Source: an uncultured Candidatus Saccharibacteria bacterium
GTDB taxonomy: Bacteria > Patescibacteriota > CALEFQ01 > G965231055
Length of the DNA: 64,000 nucleotides
Reading direction: 5' to 3'
Assembly: GCA_965231055.1 (NCBI GenBank)
Contig: OZ246411.1
Span: 116,711-180,710, forward strand
Positions 7,972 to 17,289 of the stretch are shown here, one piece after another. The position numbers and the translations under genes are program-made. The notes beneath the pieces were generated by a model. That model was not told the DNA's origin and did no database searches. It worked only from the letters and a program-made list of their open reading frames with translations. Within the stretch, counting starts at the first letter, position 1. The number at the start of each line of letters is the position of its first letter.

Positions 7972-9006
7972 CTATATTAAATTATTAGAATCAAGTACTC
8001 CGTTTTCTGTAATAATTTTGGTGATATATTTGGCGGGAGTTACATCGAAGGCGGGATTCATAATCTCAAATGTTTTATCAAATTGATTTGAGTCCAAACA
8101 TCTCCAAAAATCTTCATCAGGTCTATTTTCTATGATTATCTCATCACCGCTTTCAATTTTTCTATCTATGGTTGCATCCACGGCACAAACATAAAAAGGA
8201 ATTTTGTTTTCATGAGCCAAAACCGCCAAAGGATATGTGCCGATTTTGTTTGCCGTATCTCCGTTTTTGGCAATCCTGTCTGCCCCTACAAATATCGCAG
8301 AAATTTTTCCAGATCTTAGTAGTGATCCAGCAACACTGTCTGAAATAACTTGGCATCCGATCCCCACTCGCTTCATCTCCCAAGCAGTAAGTTTCATTCC
8401 TTGAAATTGAGGTCTTGTTTCATCTGCAATCACATCAAATTTTTTACCTCCGGTAAATGCTGAAAACATAGGCGCAGTTGCTGTGCCATACCAAACACTG
8501 GATAGAGAGCCCGCGTTGCAATGAGTGAGGATTGTGGAACCCTCTTTGATCAGCTCTTTCCCATACTCGCCTATTTTCAGATTGTTCTGTACTTCTTGTT
8601 CCAAAATATTTCTAGCCCCTTCTAATAAGACTTTTTTTAAGTCCTTTTCGCTGGAATTTTCTGCAATTTCAAGCATTTTATCCACTCCCCAAGCCAGATT
8701 TACGGCAGTGGGCCTAGTTTTGTTTATCAAAAGTTCTTTGGCTTTTTTTAGATTTTCCAAAATTTCCTCTCTCGCATCAGAAGAATTTAGAGCTGACAAA
8801 TACATTCCTCCAATTCCAGTAGCTCCTATCGCCTGAGCACCTCGCACTTGCATAGTTTTTATTGCTTTTGCCGAATCTTCGAGTGTCAGAAGATCCAAAA
8901 ACTTAAGTTCCCGGGGTAACAATAGTTGATCAATAATCCTCACTTTGTCAGGAAAAATTTCTACAGTTTGAGGTAATTTAGATTTTAATTCGCTTATATC
9001 TTTCAT
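7972..9006 (-). CDS. mtnA: S-methyl-5-thioribose-1-phosphate isomerase / eIF-2B-related aldose-ketose isomerase (MtnA/E2b2 family)
   Basis: 344 aa. The GAQAIGATGIGG, CNAGSLS..GTA and VGADRIAKNGDTANKIGTY motifs are typical of the MtnA/eIF2B-alpha-like family. Confidence 0.8.
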   Translation of the reverse strand: MKDISELKSKLPQTVEIFPDKVRIIDQLLLPRELKFLDLLTLEDSAKAIKTMQVRGAQAIGATGIGGMYLSALNSSDAREEILENLKKAKELLINKTRPTAVNLAWGVDKMLEIAENSSEKDLKKVLLEGARNILEQEVQNNLKIGEYGKELIKEGSTILTHCNAGSLSSVWYGTATAPMFSAFTGGKKFDVIADETRPQFQGMKLTAWEMKRVGIGCQVISDSVAGSLLRSGKISAIFVGADRIAKNGDTANKIGTYPLAVLAHENKIPFYVCAVDATIDRKIESGDEIIIENRPDEDFWRCLDSNQFDKTFEIMNPAFDVTPAKYITKIITENGVLDSNNLI

Positions 9007-9559
9007 ATAATTTATTCATTTTTTGAAATGCATTTTCAAAGGTTTTTCCTGCGACAAAAAATCCATGATTTTTGATGAGAACAAACTCATTCGTGCCTAT
9101 GTTTTGAGAAACTTGCTTGGCAAGCTCGATAGTTCCATATGGTTGCTCTTCCAAAAGACACTGGTCATTAGCTAGCTCCAAATATTTATTGAATGCTGGG
9201 AGGTGACCATGAAAAATAAAATTGTATTCTGGATGGGCTCTATAAATCATGAAATGAGATCTGCTTTCCGAGCTGGGATTTCCGCTTCCTTGAAAAGAGA
9301 CACTATCACCCTCCACAGAAGTAACTTTGGCAAAATCAGATGAAGTTAATTTTTCTATGAGTATTCCAGTTTTTTTAATAACAAATCCGTTTTCAACTCT
9401 TCCGCTAAAATTTCCTCCGTTAAGTTCTATGAATCCTTTTTCTTTGTAATAGTCTCTTAATATTAGAAGTTTTTTTATGGTTTGGCTTTCGAAATCATTG
9501 GGATACCAATCCCCCTTATTTACCGCGTTGAATTTTATTCCCGAATAAACCTCACCCAT
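8978..9559 (-). CDS. Class II aldolase/adducin-family protein (MtnB-like dehydratase or 5-deoxyribulose-1-P aldolase)
   Basis: 193 aa. SSESRSHFMIYRAHPEYNFIFHGH matches the class II aldolase metal-binding region. It overlaps the isomerase gene by 29 nt, consistent with an operon. Confidence 0.75.
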   Translation of the reverse strand: MGEVYSGIKFNAVNKGDWYPNDFESQTIKKLLILRDYYKEKGFIELNGGNFSGRVENGFVIKKTGILIEKLTSSDFAKVTSVEGDSVSFQGSGNPSSESRSHFMIYRAHPEYNFIFHGHLPAFNKYLELANDQCLLEEQPYGTIELAKQVSQNIGTNEFVLIKNHGFFVAGKTFENAFQKMNKLYERYKRIKI

Positions 9560-9562
9560 GGA

Positions 9563-10303
9563 TTATTTGATTAGTGATTCTAAAGCGATAATAGCAGCTT
9601 CTGATTCCTTGGAAACCAATTCACCTTTCTTGGCAATTGCTTGATTGGCATATTTCAAGATTCCTTCTTGAACATTTTTTTCTCCCGAATCATTTACAAC
9701 TAGAAAGATGCATCCTGATTTTATATTTCTCAGCTGCGAAACTAGTACAATCGTTGAGCCTTCCATCTCTTGCGCTATGGCGTTCATCTGACCGAATTTT
9801 GCTTTGAGATTGTTTAGGTTTGGATTGTATAGCCAGTCCACTGAAACTGTAGTGCCTATGTGAAAATCTGACTTACTCTCTTCTGCCGATAGTTTGAGAT
9901 TTTTGAGAATCTCAGGATCAACTATGGCAGGCGTTTTTGATGAAATATATTCGGTAGGCACTCCGTCTCCTCTAATAATTTTATCGGGTATCACCACATC
10001 GCCTATTTTTATATTTGGACTAATGCTTCCGCAAGAACCAACTCTGATAATAGTTTTGACTCCTATATTGGCCATCTCTTCAACCGCTATAGCAGATGAA
10101 GGCCCACCTATTCCAGTTGAAACTATTGCTATTTCTTCGCCCTTGTATGATCCTTTGTAGCTCGTATATTCTCTGTTTTGAGCTACTTTTTGGGGATTTT
10201 CCAAATGATTTATGGCAATCCTCTCTACCCTTGCAGGATCTCCCACTACAATAGCTTTTGGGGCTAAATCGCCATTATCACACAATATATGGGGCTGTTT
10301 CAT
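9563..10303 (-). CDS. Purine nucleoside / 5'-methylthioadenosine phosphorylase (PNP/UDP family 1, DeoD-like)
   Basis: 246 aa with VVGDPARVERIA, VSTGIGGPSSAIAVEEM, IIRVGSCGS and EMEGSTIV motifs, the hexameric nucleoside phosphorylase family. Confidence 0.8.
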   Translation of the reverse strand: MKQPHILCDNGDLAPKAIVVGDPARVERIAINHLENPQKVAQNREYTSYKGSYKGEEIAIVSTGIGGPSSAIAVEEMANIGVKTIIRVGSCGSISPNIKIGDVVIPDKIIRGDGVPTEYISSKTPAIVDPEILKNLKLSAEESKSDFHIGTTVSVDWLYNPNLNNLKAKFGQMNAIAQEMEGSTIVLVSQLRNIKSGCIFLVVNDSGEKNVQEGILKYANQAIAKKGELVSKESEAAIIALESLIK

Positions 10304-10441
10304 GGTTTTGTTTACATCTAATGTTGGTTTAATTATACCATTTATAGATATAAAAATAAATTACATTTTATCAGAAGTACGAGGGCTTTTTTATAGAACT
10401 TGGAAATGTTATAATAAATAAATAACCAATAATAATAAAAA

Positions 10442-10624
10442 ATGAAATGTGGTTTAAAAGACGAAAGAGGAGCTAGCGCTGTTTATGGACTAGGATTTAT
10501 AGGCGCAGCGATTTTCTACATCGGACAGTCCGAAACTTTTTGGATGGGAGTACTAGGACTACTAAAAGCCATAGTTTGGCCAGCAATGTTGGTTTACAAC
10601 CTTCTCCAGTTTTTGTACAAATAA
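10442..10624 (+). CDS. Small hypothetical membrane protein (60 aa, 2 predicted TM segments)
   Basis: Sits in an otherwise empty intergenic region. Two hydrophobic helices. Weak call. Confidence 0.3.
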   Translation: MKCGLKDERGASAVYGLGFIGAAIFYIGQSETFWMGVLGLLKAIVWPAMLVYNLLQFLYK

Positions 10625-10726
10625 AACGAGCATTCTTTTTTAACTACTACAAGCATAATCTAATCCACTTTTGTAAGTGCGATTTTCAACGTGGATTCAA
10701 TTACAACACATAAATAACTTTTCATC

Positions 10727-11620
10727 ATGGAAAATGGAAACTTCACTAGTCAAGAAGAACAAAAGGTAGCTAAAGTAGACCAAGGAAAAAGTGAAAGATT
10801 TAAAAAAACAGAACAAATCTTTGAAAGTTTGGACAAAGTCGTAGACATACAAGATAAACAAGAGCAAGAATCAGCGATGCAAAAAATAATAGACAAAAGA
10901 CTTGCGGAACTGCACGAAGAATCTCCAAAAAAACAAGAGACATTCGGAACAAGAAGTGTTACTGGAGAATTTATCCATCCGGACACAGAAATAATAAAAT
11001 TTTATGGGGGTGATCGCCTAAAACTAAATGACCCGGATGCCTACAAATCATTATTGCAAGCATTCTCTGATTTTCGCAAGGCATGGAAAATAGATACCAA
11101 GAAAACAACAATGCAATCGATAGATAGAGCATTGGGAATATACTTTGGAAACACCTTTTCGAGCAATAGCACCTTAAAAGAAAATATAAAATTTTACTCA
11201 GACCACACCCATTCGGAATCTGACAGCGTTAATTTGAGTGAATTGAAGGGCAAGGGAATCGCTGTGTGTGCTGAAAAAGCTTCTTTAGCACATAACTATC
11301 TAAAATTTTTGGGAATAGATTCAAAACTAGTTTCCTCTCTCAATTGCAGGTTTACTGAAGGAAACAATGACTCTCACGCCTATAACCTAATAAGCACAAA
11401 GAATGGGGAGTTCCTCTATGACCCCTCAAACCCCGTCATAATTCGTGATGCTCAAAATGAAATACTAACAACTAACGCTACAGTATACCCGATTTCCAGA
11501 GAAGATTATGATCATCTATCACAACAAGATGGCAAGCAAGTTAAAGTAGAACATATGAATCAAAAATTTATAGATGGAAAATACCAAAAAGAGGATGGTC
11601 AAGATAGAATTTATGGATAA
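10727..11620 (+). CDS. Transglutaminase-like / papain-fold cysteine protease superfamily protein
   Basis: Cys-His-Asp triad in TGase-core spacing: GKGIAVCAEKASLAHNYLKFLGI (Cys), NDSHAYNLIS (His), FLYDPSNP (Asp). Confidence 0.6.
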   Translation: MENGNFTSQEEQKVAKVDQGKSERFKKTEQIFESLDKVVDIQDKQEQESAMQKIIDKRLAELHEESPKKQETFGTRSVTGEFIHPDTEIIKFYGGDRLKLNDPDAYKSLLQAFSDFRKAWKIDTKKTTMQSIDRALGIYFGNTFSSNSTLKENIKFYSDHTHSESDSVNLSELKGKGIAVCAEKASLAHNYLKFLGIDSKLVSSLNCRFTEGNNDSHAYNLISTKNGEFLYDPSNPVIIRDAQNEILTTNATVYPISREDYDHLSQQDGKQVKVEHMNQKFIDGKYQKEDGQDRIYG

Positions 11621-11628
11621 ATCTAATT

Positions 11629-12150
11629 ATGGACGCAAAAATACCAGCACAAAACTGGATTTCACCTAAAATAGAAATACTTAAATCCCCTATTCAAGGT
11701 ATCGGAATGTTTGCGAAAGAACCAATTAAAAAAAGTGAGCTAGTTTTAATCTGGGGAGGATATGGATACACAGACAAAGCAGGTGCAGAAAAAAAGAAAG
11801 CTGAAGGAAAATTAACAATGCAATGGGACGACGATCTTTTTAGCTTTGAAACCAGAGGAGAAGAAAGCGCATATTATATAAACCATTCTTGTGAACCAAA
11901 TGTATGGATGAGAGATGCTTTTAGACTAGAAACAATGCGAGATATAAAAAAAGGTGAAGAATTGACAGTAGATCACGCCATGTTTAAATCCGAGGTAGAT
12001 TATATTTCCAAATGGAAATGCAACTGCGGAACTCAAAAATGTCGCAAGCAAATTACTGGAACGGACTACAAACTCAGAGAGCTTCAAAAAGCATATGCTG
12101 ATCATTTTTCTCCCTTGATAAATAAAAAAATTGCAGGACTCAAAAAATAA
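11629..12150 (+). CDS. SET-domain protein (putative protein-lysine methyltransferase)
   Basis: INHSCEPN (NHSCxPN SET signature) and Tyr-containing EELTVDHAMF. A post-SET-like CNCGTQKCRK cysteine cluster is also present. Confidence 0.8.
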   Translation: MDAKIPAQNWISPKIEILKSPIQGIGMFAKEPIKKSELVLIWGGYGYTDKAGAEKKKAEGKLTMQWDDDLFSFETRGEESAYYINHSCEPNVWMRDAFRLETMRDIKKGEELTVDHAMFKSEVDYISKWKCNCGTQKCRKQITGTDYKLRELQKAYADHFSPLINKKIAGLKK

Positions 12151-13600
12151 AATTACTACATCGAATCATAAATACCTAGACATCATCGTCTTGATATCTA
12201 TTTTTTTATTGGCGTTGATTCTAATTATTAATTTCGCAAAAATCCCAATTGCTGGCGATGATGCATGGTTTCACTTGGTTACAGCAAAGCAAACTCTAGA
12301 AAACAAATCTCTACCACTTACAGATACTTGGTCATTTCAACCATCTATTAGACCGAATGTCTACTCCCCTGTTTATCACTTGGTACTTGCGGGCGTGGCT
12401 TCGATATCTAAGCTTTCAGCAATCAGCAATCAGCTCCTAGTAATCATGGGAAGCTCTCAGATTCTATCTACTATATTTTATCCGACAACACTATTTGGAA
12501 TCTGGTTTTTAGCTCGCAAAATGATCAGCCCCAAGACTGCATTTTTTGCCTTTTTTATCTCACTTTTCGACATTATTCTAGCAAACCCTCATTTTGAGCT
12601 CACGCCGTCCTCTCTTTTCCTAGCAATCATGCCGTTTACCGTCTATTTTTTCTACAAAAAGAATTTTCTCGTTACTCTACTTCTAATAATTCTCGCTCTC
12701 TATACACACATGACTGCGCCATTATGTCTGCTTTTTGGATTTGCGATCTACTCTCTCAATTTCAAAAAAGAATACTGGAAATTTTGCAAAAAAGTATTGA
12801 TTTTTTCATTGATTGGATTTTCACCGTGGATAATCTGGACTTTTTATAATCTCAAATTTTTCAATGGCTACAACTACATCTTTAGAATTATGAATTACGG
12901 AATATCCTCAGTAGCGTTTTTCTCTGCCCACACAATATCCTTAGTAATATTTATAATGTCTATCGGAACCTTTATCTTTTTGGGATATATTATAAGACAC
13001 AAACAAAACATGTTTATGCTCATGGCAATGCCCATAGCTTTTTTGCCTGTACTATTTGGTGCTGGGGGAAGATACTGGTGGTATGTAGAGCCATTCTTGG
13101 TTATACTCTTCGGCTATCTCATGGCATGGAAAATCAAAAACATAAAACCAGTTTTTGCAGTAGTACTAATTGGCATAACTATAATATTTTATTTGCCAGC
13201 AGTTACTATTGATTTTACCAACAAAGGAAATATAGTTGATTGGCAAAAAAGCCAAGCCGGATTTGCAAAAGCAATTCAAATCTCCAAACAATCAAAGGAT
13301 CAAAATCCATTACCAGATGACTTAATCCAATTCATAAAGAGCGATACTTCATCAGATGAAATCATAAGTGTCTCGGGTGGCAAGCTTGCGATGCAGATTA
13401 CTTTTTTTACAGACCGAAAAACCAATTCAGGAATGTTTGGTGAGGTGCTTACAAAAGAAGCATTTGAAAATCAATTTGATCCCTTTGCAAATAGAATTAT
13501 AGTTTGCGAAAAACAAAAATGCCCCAGCGAGCCAATGTGTGAGCTAAGACATTATGAAATAAAAGATTTTGATACTTATGAAGTCTGGGTGAAAAAATAA
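12131..13600 (+). CDS. Polytopic membrane protein, GT-C-like glycosyltransferase (PMT/ArnT-like)
   Basis: More than 10 predicted TM helices. DDAWFH in the first extracytoplasmic loop resembles the DE..H motif of GT39/GT83 enzymes. It overlaps the SET gene by 20 nt (operon). Confidence 0.5.
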   Translation: MQDSKNKITTSNHKYLDIIVLISIFLLALILIINFAKIPIAGDDAWFHLVTAKQTLENKSLPLTDTWSFQPSIRPNVYSPVYHLVLAGVASISKLSAISNQLLVIMGSSQILSTIFYPTTLFGIWFLARKMISPKTAFFAFFISLFDIILANPHFELTPSSLFLAIMPFTVYFFYKKNFLVTLLLIILALYTHMTAPLCLLFGFAIYSLNFKKEYWKFCKKVLIFSLIGFSPWIIWTFYNLKFFNGYNYIFRIMNYGISSVAFFSAHTISLVIFIMSIGTFIFLGYIIRHKQNMFMLMAMPIAFLPVLFGAGGRYWWYVEPFLVILFGYLMAWKIKNIKPVFAVVLIGITIIFYLPAVTIDFTNKGNIVDWQKSQAGFAKAIQISKQSKDQNPLPDDLIQFIKSDTSSDEIISVSGGKLAMQITFFTDRKTNSGMFGEVLTKEAFENQFDPFANRIIVCEKQKCPSEPMCELRHYEIKDFDTYEVWVKK

Positions 13601-13622
13601 AAACAAAAAGGTTTAAGCGTAT

Positions 13623-13877
13623 TTATTTATACTTACACTTTAAAAATAAAATTGATAAAGCAAAAACTAAACCCACGCTATTCATTACTGCGACGGGTCC
13701 ATTATTTATGATAAGCGCATAGCTGATCCATAGAATAAGACCAATAGAATAAATAATGTATCTCAAAATGGATATATCTCTTGTCTGTTTTGTCTTCCAA
13801 CTTTTTATTACCTGCGGTAATAAGGAAACTACGACTAGAAACCCCGCAATATAACCCATTAAATCAACTAAAAGCAT
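13623..13877 (-). CDS. SemiSWEET (PQ-loop) sugar transporter
   Basis: 84 aa with 3 TM segments and the PQ motif LPQVIKSWKTKQTRDIS. Length and motif match bacterial SemiSWEETs. Confidence 0.8.
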   Translation of the reverse strand: MLLVDLMGYIAGFLVVVSLLPQVIKSWKTKQTRDISILRYIIYSIGLILWISYALIINNGPVAVMNSVGLVFALSILFLKCKYK

Positions 13878-13896
13878 ATAATTTAATTATTACCAA

Positions 13897-15324
13897 CTAT
13901 TCACTATCTAAGCTCTCCACATTAACCCCAAAACTCCAATCTATCTCACTATAGCTATGTAAAAGTTTATTTATATAATCTCTTAGTTTTTCATATTCTG
14001 CCTGCTCCTTGGCTTCAAATTTAACAGTCAAATAAGGACCATTTTGAGAATAGCGTACCACAAACATGCTATTTTTTAGTTCCAACCTTACTCCATCCCC
14101 CGCTCGCTCATCGTCCACCACTTCAGCATCCGGAAAGGCCTTTTTGGCATCAGCTGAAATTTTTGCAGTAACTTCAATTTTTTTATCATCAGGACAACCT
14201 ATTTTTATCTCGGGACTTGAAATATATTTTGGAAGCTTACTTAATACATCTGCAATAGTTTGATTGGTATCAGATAGATACTGAATCAAGGTAAGCGCCG
14301 AATAAATTCCATCGTCATGATTGTAAAAATCTTTTGAAAAGAAGAAGTGACCAGAAAGTTCTCCGATAAATGCCGCGCCCACTTCTTTGTTTTTGTTTTT
14401 AAGAAATGAATGCCCCACTCTCCACTGAAATGGTTTGCCACCATTTTTAAGAATGGTTTCCTTGACCGCTTTTGAGCAAAGCAAGTTGTACATGATAATT
14501 GCTCCTTTGTGTTTTTTAAGTTGGTACTCCGCAAAAATTTCCAAAAGCACATCATTCCAAACTATCTGCCCCGCCTCCCCCACAACTCCTATCCTATCTC
14601 CATCAGTATCAAATGAAATTCCAATATCTGCATTTGTTTCCAAAATTTTTGCTTTCAGTCGTTCTGCCACTACAACTTCCGTGGGGTCAGGAGTACCTGC
14701 AGGAAAAGTGGGATCTAGATTGCATTTATTTTCTACCACTTCTATGCCAAGTTCTCTAAACAACTCTGGAACGATAGCTCCTGCAGTTGCATGACTTGCA
14801 TCCAAAACCAATTTAAATTTCTTTTTTATATTAAAACGTTTCTGCATTTCGGCAGTGTATACTGGCATGATATCCATTTTTTCAATCTTACCTTTTTTGT
14901 CTGACGCAACGTAATCCTCTTTTTCAACCATGTTGCGAACACTTTGTATCCCCAAACTCTCGAGCGTGCTTGAAAAATCATTTGCAAGTTTAAATCCATT
15001 GTATTCACTTGGATTATGTGAAGCCGTGACATATACTCCACCCTTGGCTTCAAGATGATACTGAGCAAAATAAAAAGTCCCCACCAAAACCATTCCGATA
15101 TCCACCACGTCTATTCCACAGTCTGACAATCCTTTTGCGACAGCATTTGTGTATTCTTCGCTAGTAGCCCTGCTATCTCGCGCAACAACAGCTTTGTTTA
15201 TGCCTTTTTGGACAAGCAAAGTTCCATGAGCTCTACCTATGTGCTCCGCTATTTCGGCGCTCAGATCCTTGTCCACAATTCCTCTTATATCATACCCGCG
15301 GAAGATTTGTTTGTTTGTTTTCAT
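13897..15324 (-). CDS. Phosphomannomutase/phosphoglucomutase (alpha-D-phosphohexomutase family)
   Basis: 475 aa. The TASHNPSEYNGFK active-site serine loop is present. Confidence 0.85.
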   Translation of the reverse strand: MKTNKQIFRGYDIRGIVDKDLSAEIAEHIGRAHGTLLVQKGINKAVVARDSRATSEEYTNAVAKGLSDCGIDVVDIGMVLVGTFYFAQYHLEAKGGVYVTASHNPSEYNGFKLANDFSSTLESLGIQSVRNMVEKEDYVASDKKGKIEKMDIMPVYTAEMQKRFNIKKKFKLVLDASHATAGAIVPELFRELGIEVVENKCNLDPTFPAGTPDPTEVVVAERLKAKILETNADIGISFDTDGDRIGVVGEAGQIVWNDVLLEIFAEYQLKKHKGAIIMYNLLCSKAVKETILKNGGKPFQWRVGHSFLKNKNKEVGAAFIGELSGHFFFSKDFYNHDDGIYSALTLIQYLSDTNQTIADVLSKLPKYISSPEIKIGCPDDKKIEVTAKISADAKKAFPDAEVVDDERAGDGVRLELKNSMFVVRYSQNGPYLTVKFEAKEQAEYEKLRDYINKLLHSYSEIDWSFGVNVESLDSE

Positions 15325-15334
15325 ATTTTTAGTA

Positions 15335-15450
15335 TTAAGTGTTCAGTTTTCAGTTTTCAAAATCATGAATACTGATAACTGAATACTTGCTTGCCCGCCA
15401 GAGGCGGACAGGCGCAAGCAAGCTAACCACTGAGTACTTATTGTACCCCA
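15335..15450. repeat. Family-A repeat copy plus a GC-rich hairpin (cttgcttgc-ccgccagaggcggacaggc-gcaagcaag)
   Basis: gttcagttttcagttttc ... gaatactgataactgaatactt. The hairpin segment gcgcaagcaagct is also present at 3380..3393. Confidence 0.65.
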
Positions 15451-15540
15451 AAACCAATCTCAAGAAAACATATAAAAAATTGCGATTTTAGAAAATAAAT
15501 GCTAGTCTAATTCTATGTCTAAATACATAAAACTTTTTAT

Positions 15541-16602
15541 ATGTCATTATCAGTAGCCATCGTAGGCCTTCCAAATGTAGGCAAATCAACTCTATTCAAC
15601 GCCTTGACCAAAAACAAGGCGGAGGCTTCAAATTATCCTTTTTGCACAATTGATCCAAATGTAGGAGTAGTAAAAGTTCCAGATGAAAGACTAGAAAAAC
15701 TAGCCAAGCTTTCCAATTCTGCAAAAGTCACACCCACAATAATTGAATTTGTAGACATAGCGGGACTAGTCAAAGATGCACACAAAGGCGAAGGACTCGG
15801 AAACCAATTTTTGTCACACATAAGAAAATGTGATGCAATTTGCGAAGTAGTTAGAGATTTTGAAGACAAAAACATTATTCACGTTAATAATAAAATAGAT
15901 CCCAAAGAAGACAAAGAAACCATAAACATGGAACTTATTTTTGCGGATCTCGCGACTGTCACAAAAAGACTCAGCAAAGTTGAGTCCGAAGCAAAATCTG
16001 GAGATAAAGAAAAAATAATACTAAGGGATCTACTCCAAAAAGTTAAAACTGAAATGGAAAAAGGAATTCCTGCAAGAAAAATAGATTTCAACGAAGAAGA
16101 AAGCGAACTGCTAAAAGAACTAAACTTACTCACTATCAAACCAATACTTTATGTATTGAATACCGATAAAGTAAATGAGAAATATGAAGGATGGGACGGA
16201 GAAGTAATTCCTTTGAATGTAAAATTGGAAGAAGAAATATCAAATCTGCCAGAAGAAGAACAGCTGGAATACATAAAAGAACTAGGGCTATCCGAAAGCG
16301 GACTCACAAAGCTCATAAAAAGTGCCTACAAATTATTGGGCTTAATAACTTTTCTAACTACTGGACCAGACGAAACCAGAGCCTGGACCATAAAGGATGG
16401 AAGCCTAGCGCCTCAAGCCGCAGGAGCGATTCACAGTGATTTTGAAGAGGGCTTTATACGAGCCGATGTGATTAATTGGAAGATACTTTTAGACGCAGGA
16501 AGTGAGCCAAATGCCAGAGCCAAGGGACTTATGCGCTCCGAAGGCAAAGAATATGTGTTTCAAGATGGCGACACTGCCCTATTCCACTTCGCCAAGAAAT
16601 AA
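15541..16602 (+). CDS. ychF: Ribosome-binding ATPase YchF (Obg-family GTPase with TGS domain)
   Basis: GLPNVGKSTLFNALT P-loop, NYPFCTIDPN, and a C-terminal TGS-like region (RAWTIKDGSLAPQAAGAIHSDFEEGFIRA). Confidence 0.9.
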   Translation: MSLSVAIVGLPNVGKSTLFNALTKNKAEASNYPFCTIDPNVGVVKVPDERLEKLAKLSNSAKVTPTIIEFVDIAGLVKDAHKGEGLGNQFLSHIRKCDAICEVVRDFEDKNIIHVNNKIDPKEDKETINMELIFADLATVTKRLSKVESEAKSGDKEKIILRDLLQKVKTEMEKGIPARKIDFNEEESELLKELNLLTIKPILYVLNTDKVNEKYEGWDGEVIPLNVKLEEEISNLPEEEQLEYIKELGLSESGLTKLIKSAYKLLGLITFLTTGPDETRAWTIKDGSLAPQAAGAIHSDFEEGFIRADVINWKILLDAGSEPNARAKGLMRSEGKEYVFQDGDTALFHFAKK

Positions 16603-16630
16603 ACTTTTATCAAAATCACTTGTTGACAAA

Positions 16631-16660
16631 ACAGGTGATTTTTTATAGTTTCAAAGCATA
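16631..16660 (+). promoter_or_regulatory. Putative promoter (TTGACA ... TATAGT) embedded in an 8-bp inverted repeat (AAAATCAC/GTGATTTT), upstream of the zf-HC2 pair
   Basis: TTGACA at 16631-16636 and TATAGT about 15-16 nt downstream. The inverted repeat may be an operator or the ychF terminator. Confidence 0.35.
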
Positions 16661-16687
16661 TCGTTCTCTACAAAAGGAGGTTAGATT

Positions 16688-16879
16688 ATGGCTTGTTCTA
16701 CTTACAGAGAAAACCAATTAAATAATATCAGAAGTCTCAACCCAGAAGAACTTGCTGATTTCATGGAACACATCGCCCATTGCAAAACTTGCTCGAATCA
16801 ATATAAACAAGAGTCAGGCAATCTTTCAACAGCATCTATTGAGATGCAAGCAAAGGAAATTCACCATGTCAGAGCGTAA
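16688..16879 (+). CDS. Small zinc-finger (H-x3-C-x2-C, zf-HC2/anti-sigma-like) protein
   Basis: Consensus RBS AAAGGAGG 8 nt upstream. Motif EHIAHCKTCS. Confidence 0.45.
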   Translation: MACSTYRENQLNNIRSLNPEELADFMEHIAHCKTCSNQYKQESGNLSTASIEMQAKEIHHVRA

Positions 16880-17219
16880 ATGCGACAGCGAAATTATGAT
16901 CGAGCTATTTGAAAAACTCAAAGAATCTTTTGATGACACCCTGAAAGAAACAAACCGCATGAGAATGTTTATCGAACACATTTTCAGTTGCAGGTTCTGT
17001 TTGAAAAAAGCTGTGGACAGTAGAGTCATCATCAAGATTCTTGAAAACGAGTATGCTCGAGAATATTTATCACCGTACTTAGTTCGCAGAATCAGAGAAG
17101 ACTGGCACACAGAAACCCTCATGGGCAACACACGAATACCATTTCTGGTTTTCACAATGGTTGCGGTGAGCAATCGTACTTTCTCCTCATCATTGTTGTA
17201 CAAAGTTCAAACGCCATAA
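16866..17219 (+). CDS. Paralogous small zinc-finger (zf-HC2-like) protein
   Basis: Internal start MSERKCDS with an AAGGAAA RBS. It shares the motif EHIFSCRFCL with the upstream gene and overlaps it by 14 nt. Confidence 0.4.
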   Translation: MSERKCDSEIMIELFEKLKESFDDTLKETNRMRMFIEHIFSCRFCLKKAVDSRVIIKILENEYAREYLSPYLVRRIREDWHTETLMGNTRIPFLVFTMVAVSNRTFSSSLLYKVQTP

Positions 17220-17289
17220 TCAATATTGGAAAAATAAAGAAGCGCGAGAAGGATTTCACCTTCACTGACCGCTTCTTTTTTCTTACAGA

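Noticed and set aside
10212-10421. 69-aa ORF spanning the phosphorylase start and promoter region
   Set aside because: It overlaps the 5' end of a confident gene on the opposite strand and AT-rich promoter sequence.
15361-15445. Possibility that the GC-rich hairpin in the family-A repeat is a tRNA or an attenuator of the phosphomannomutase gene
   Set aside because: There is no tRNA-like arm structure. The same hairpin-type sequence recurs at 3380..3393, which favours a repeat-element origin.
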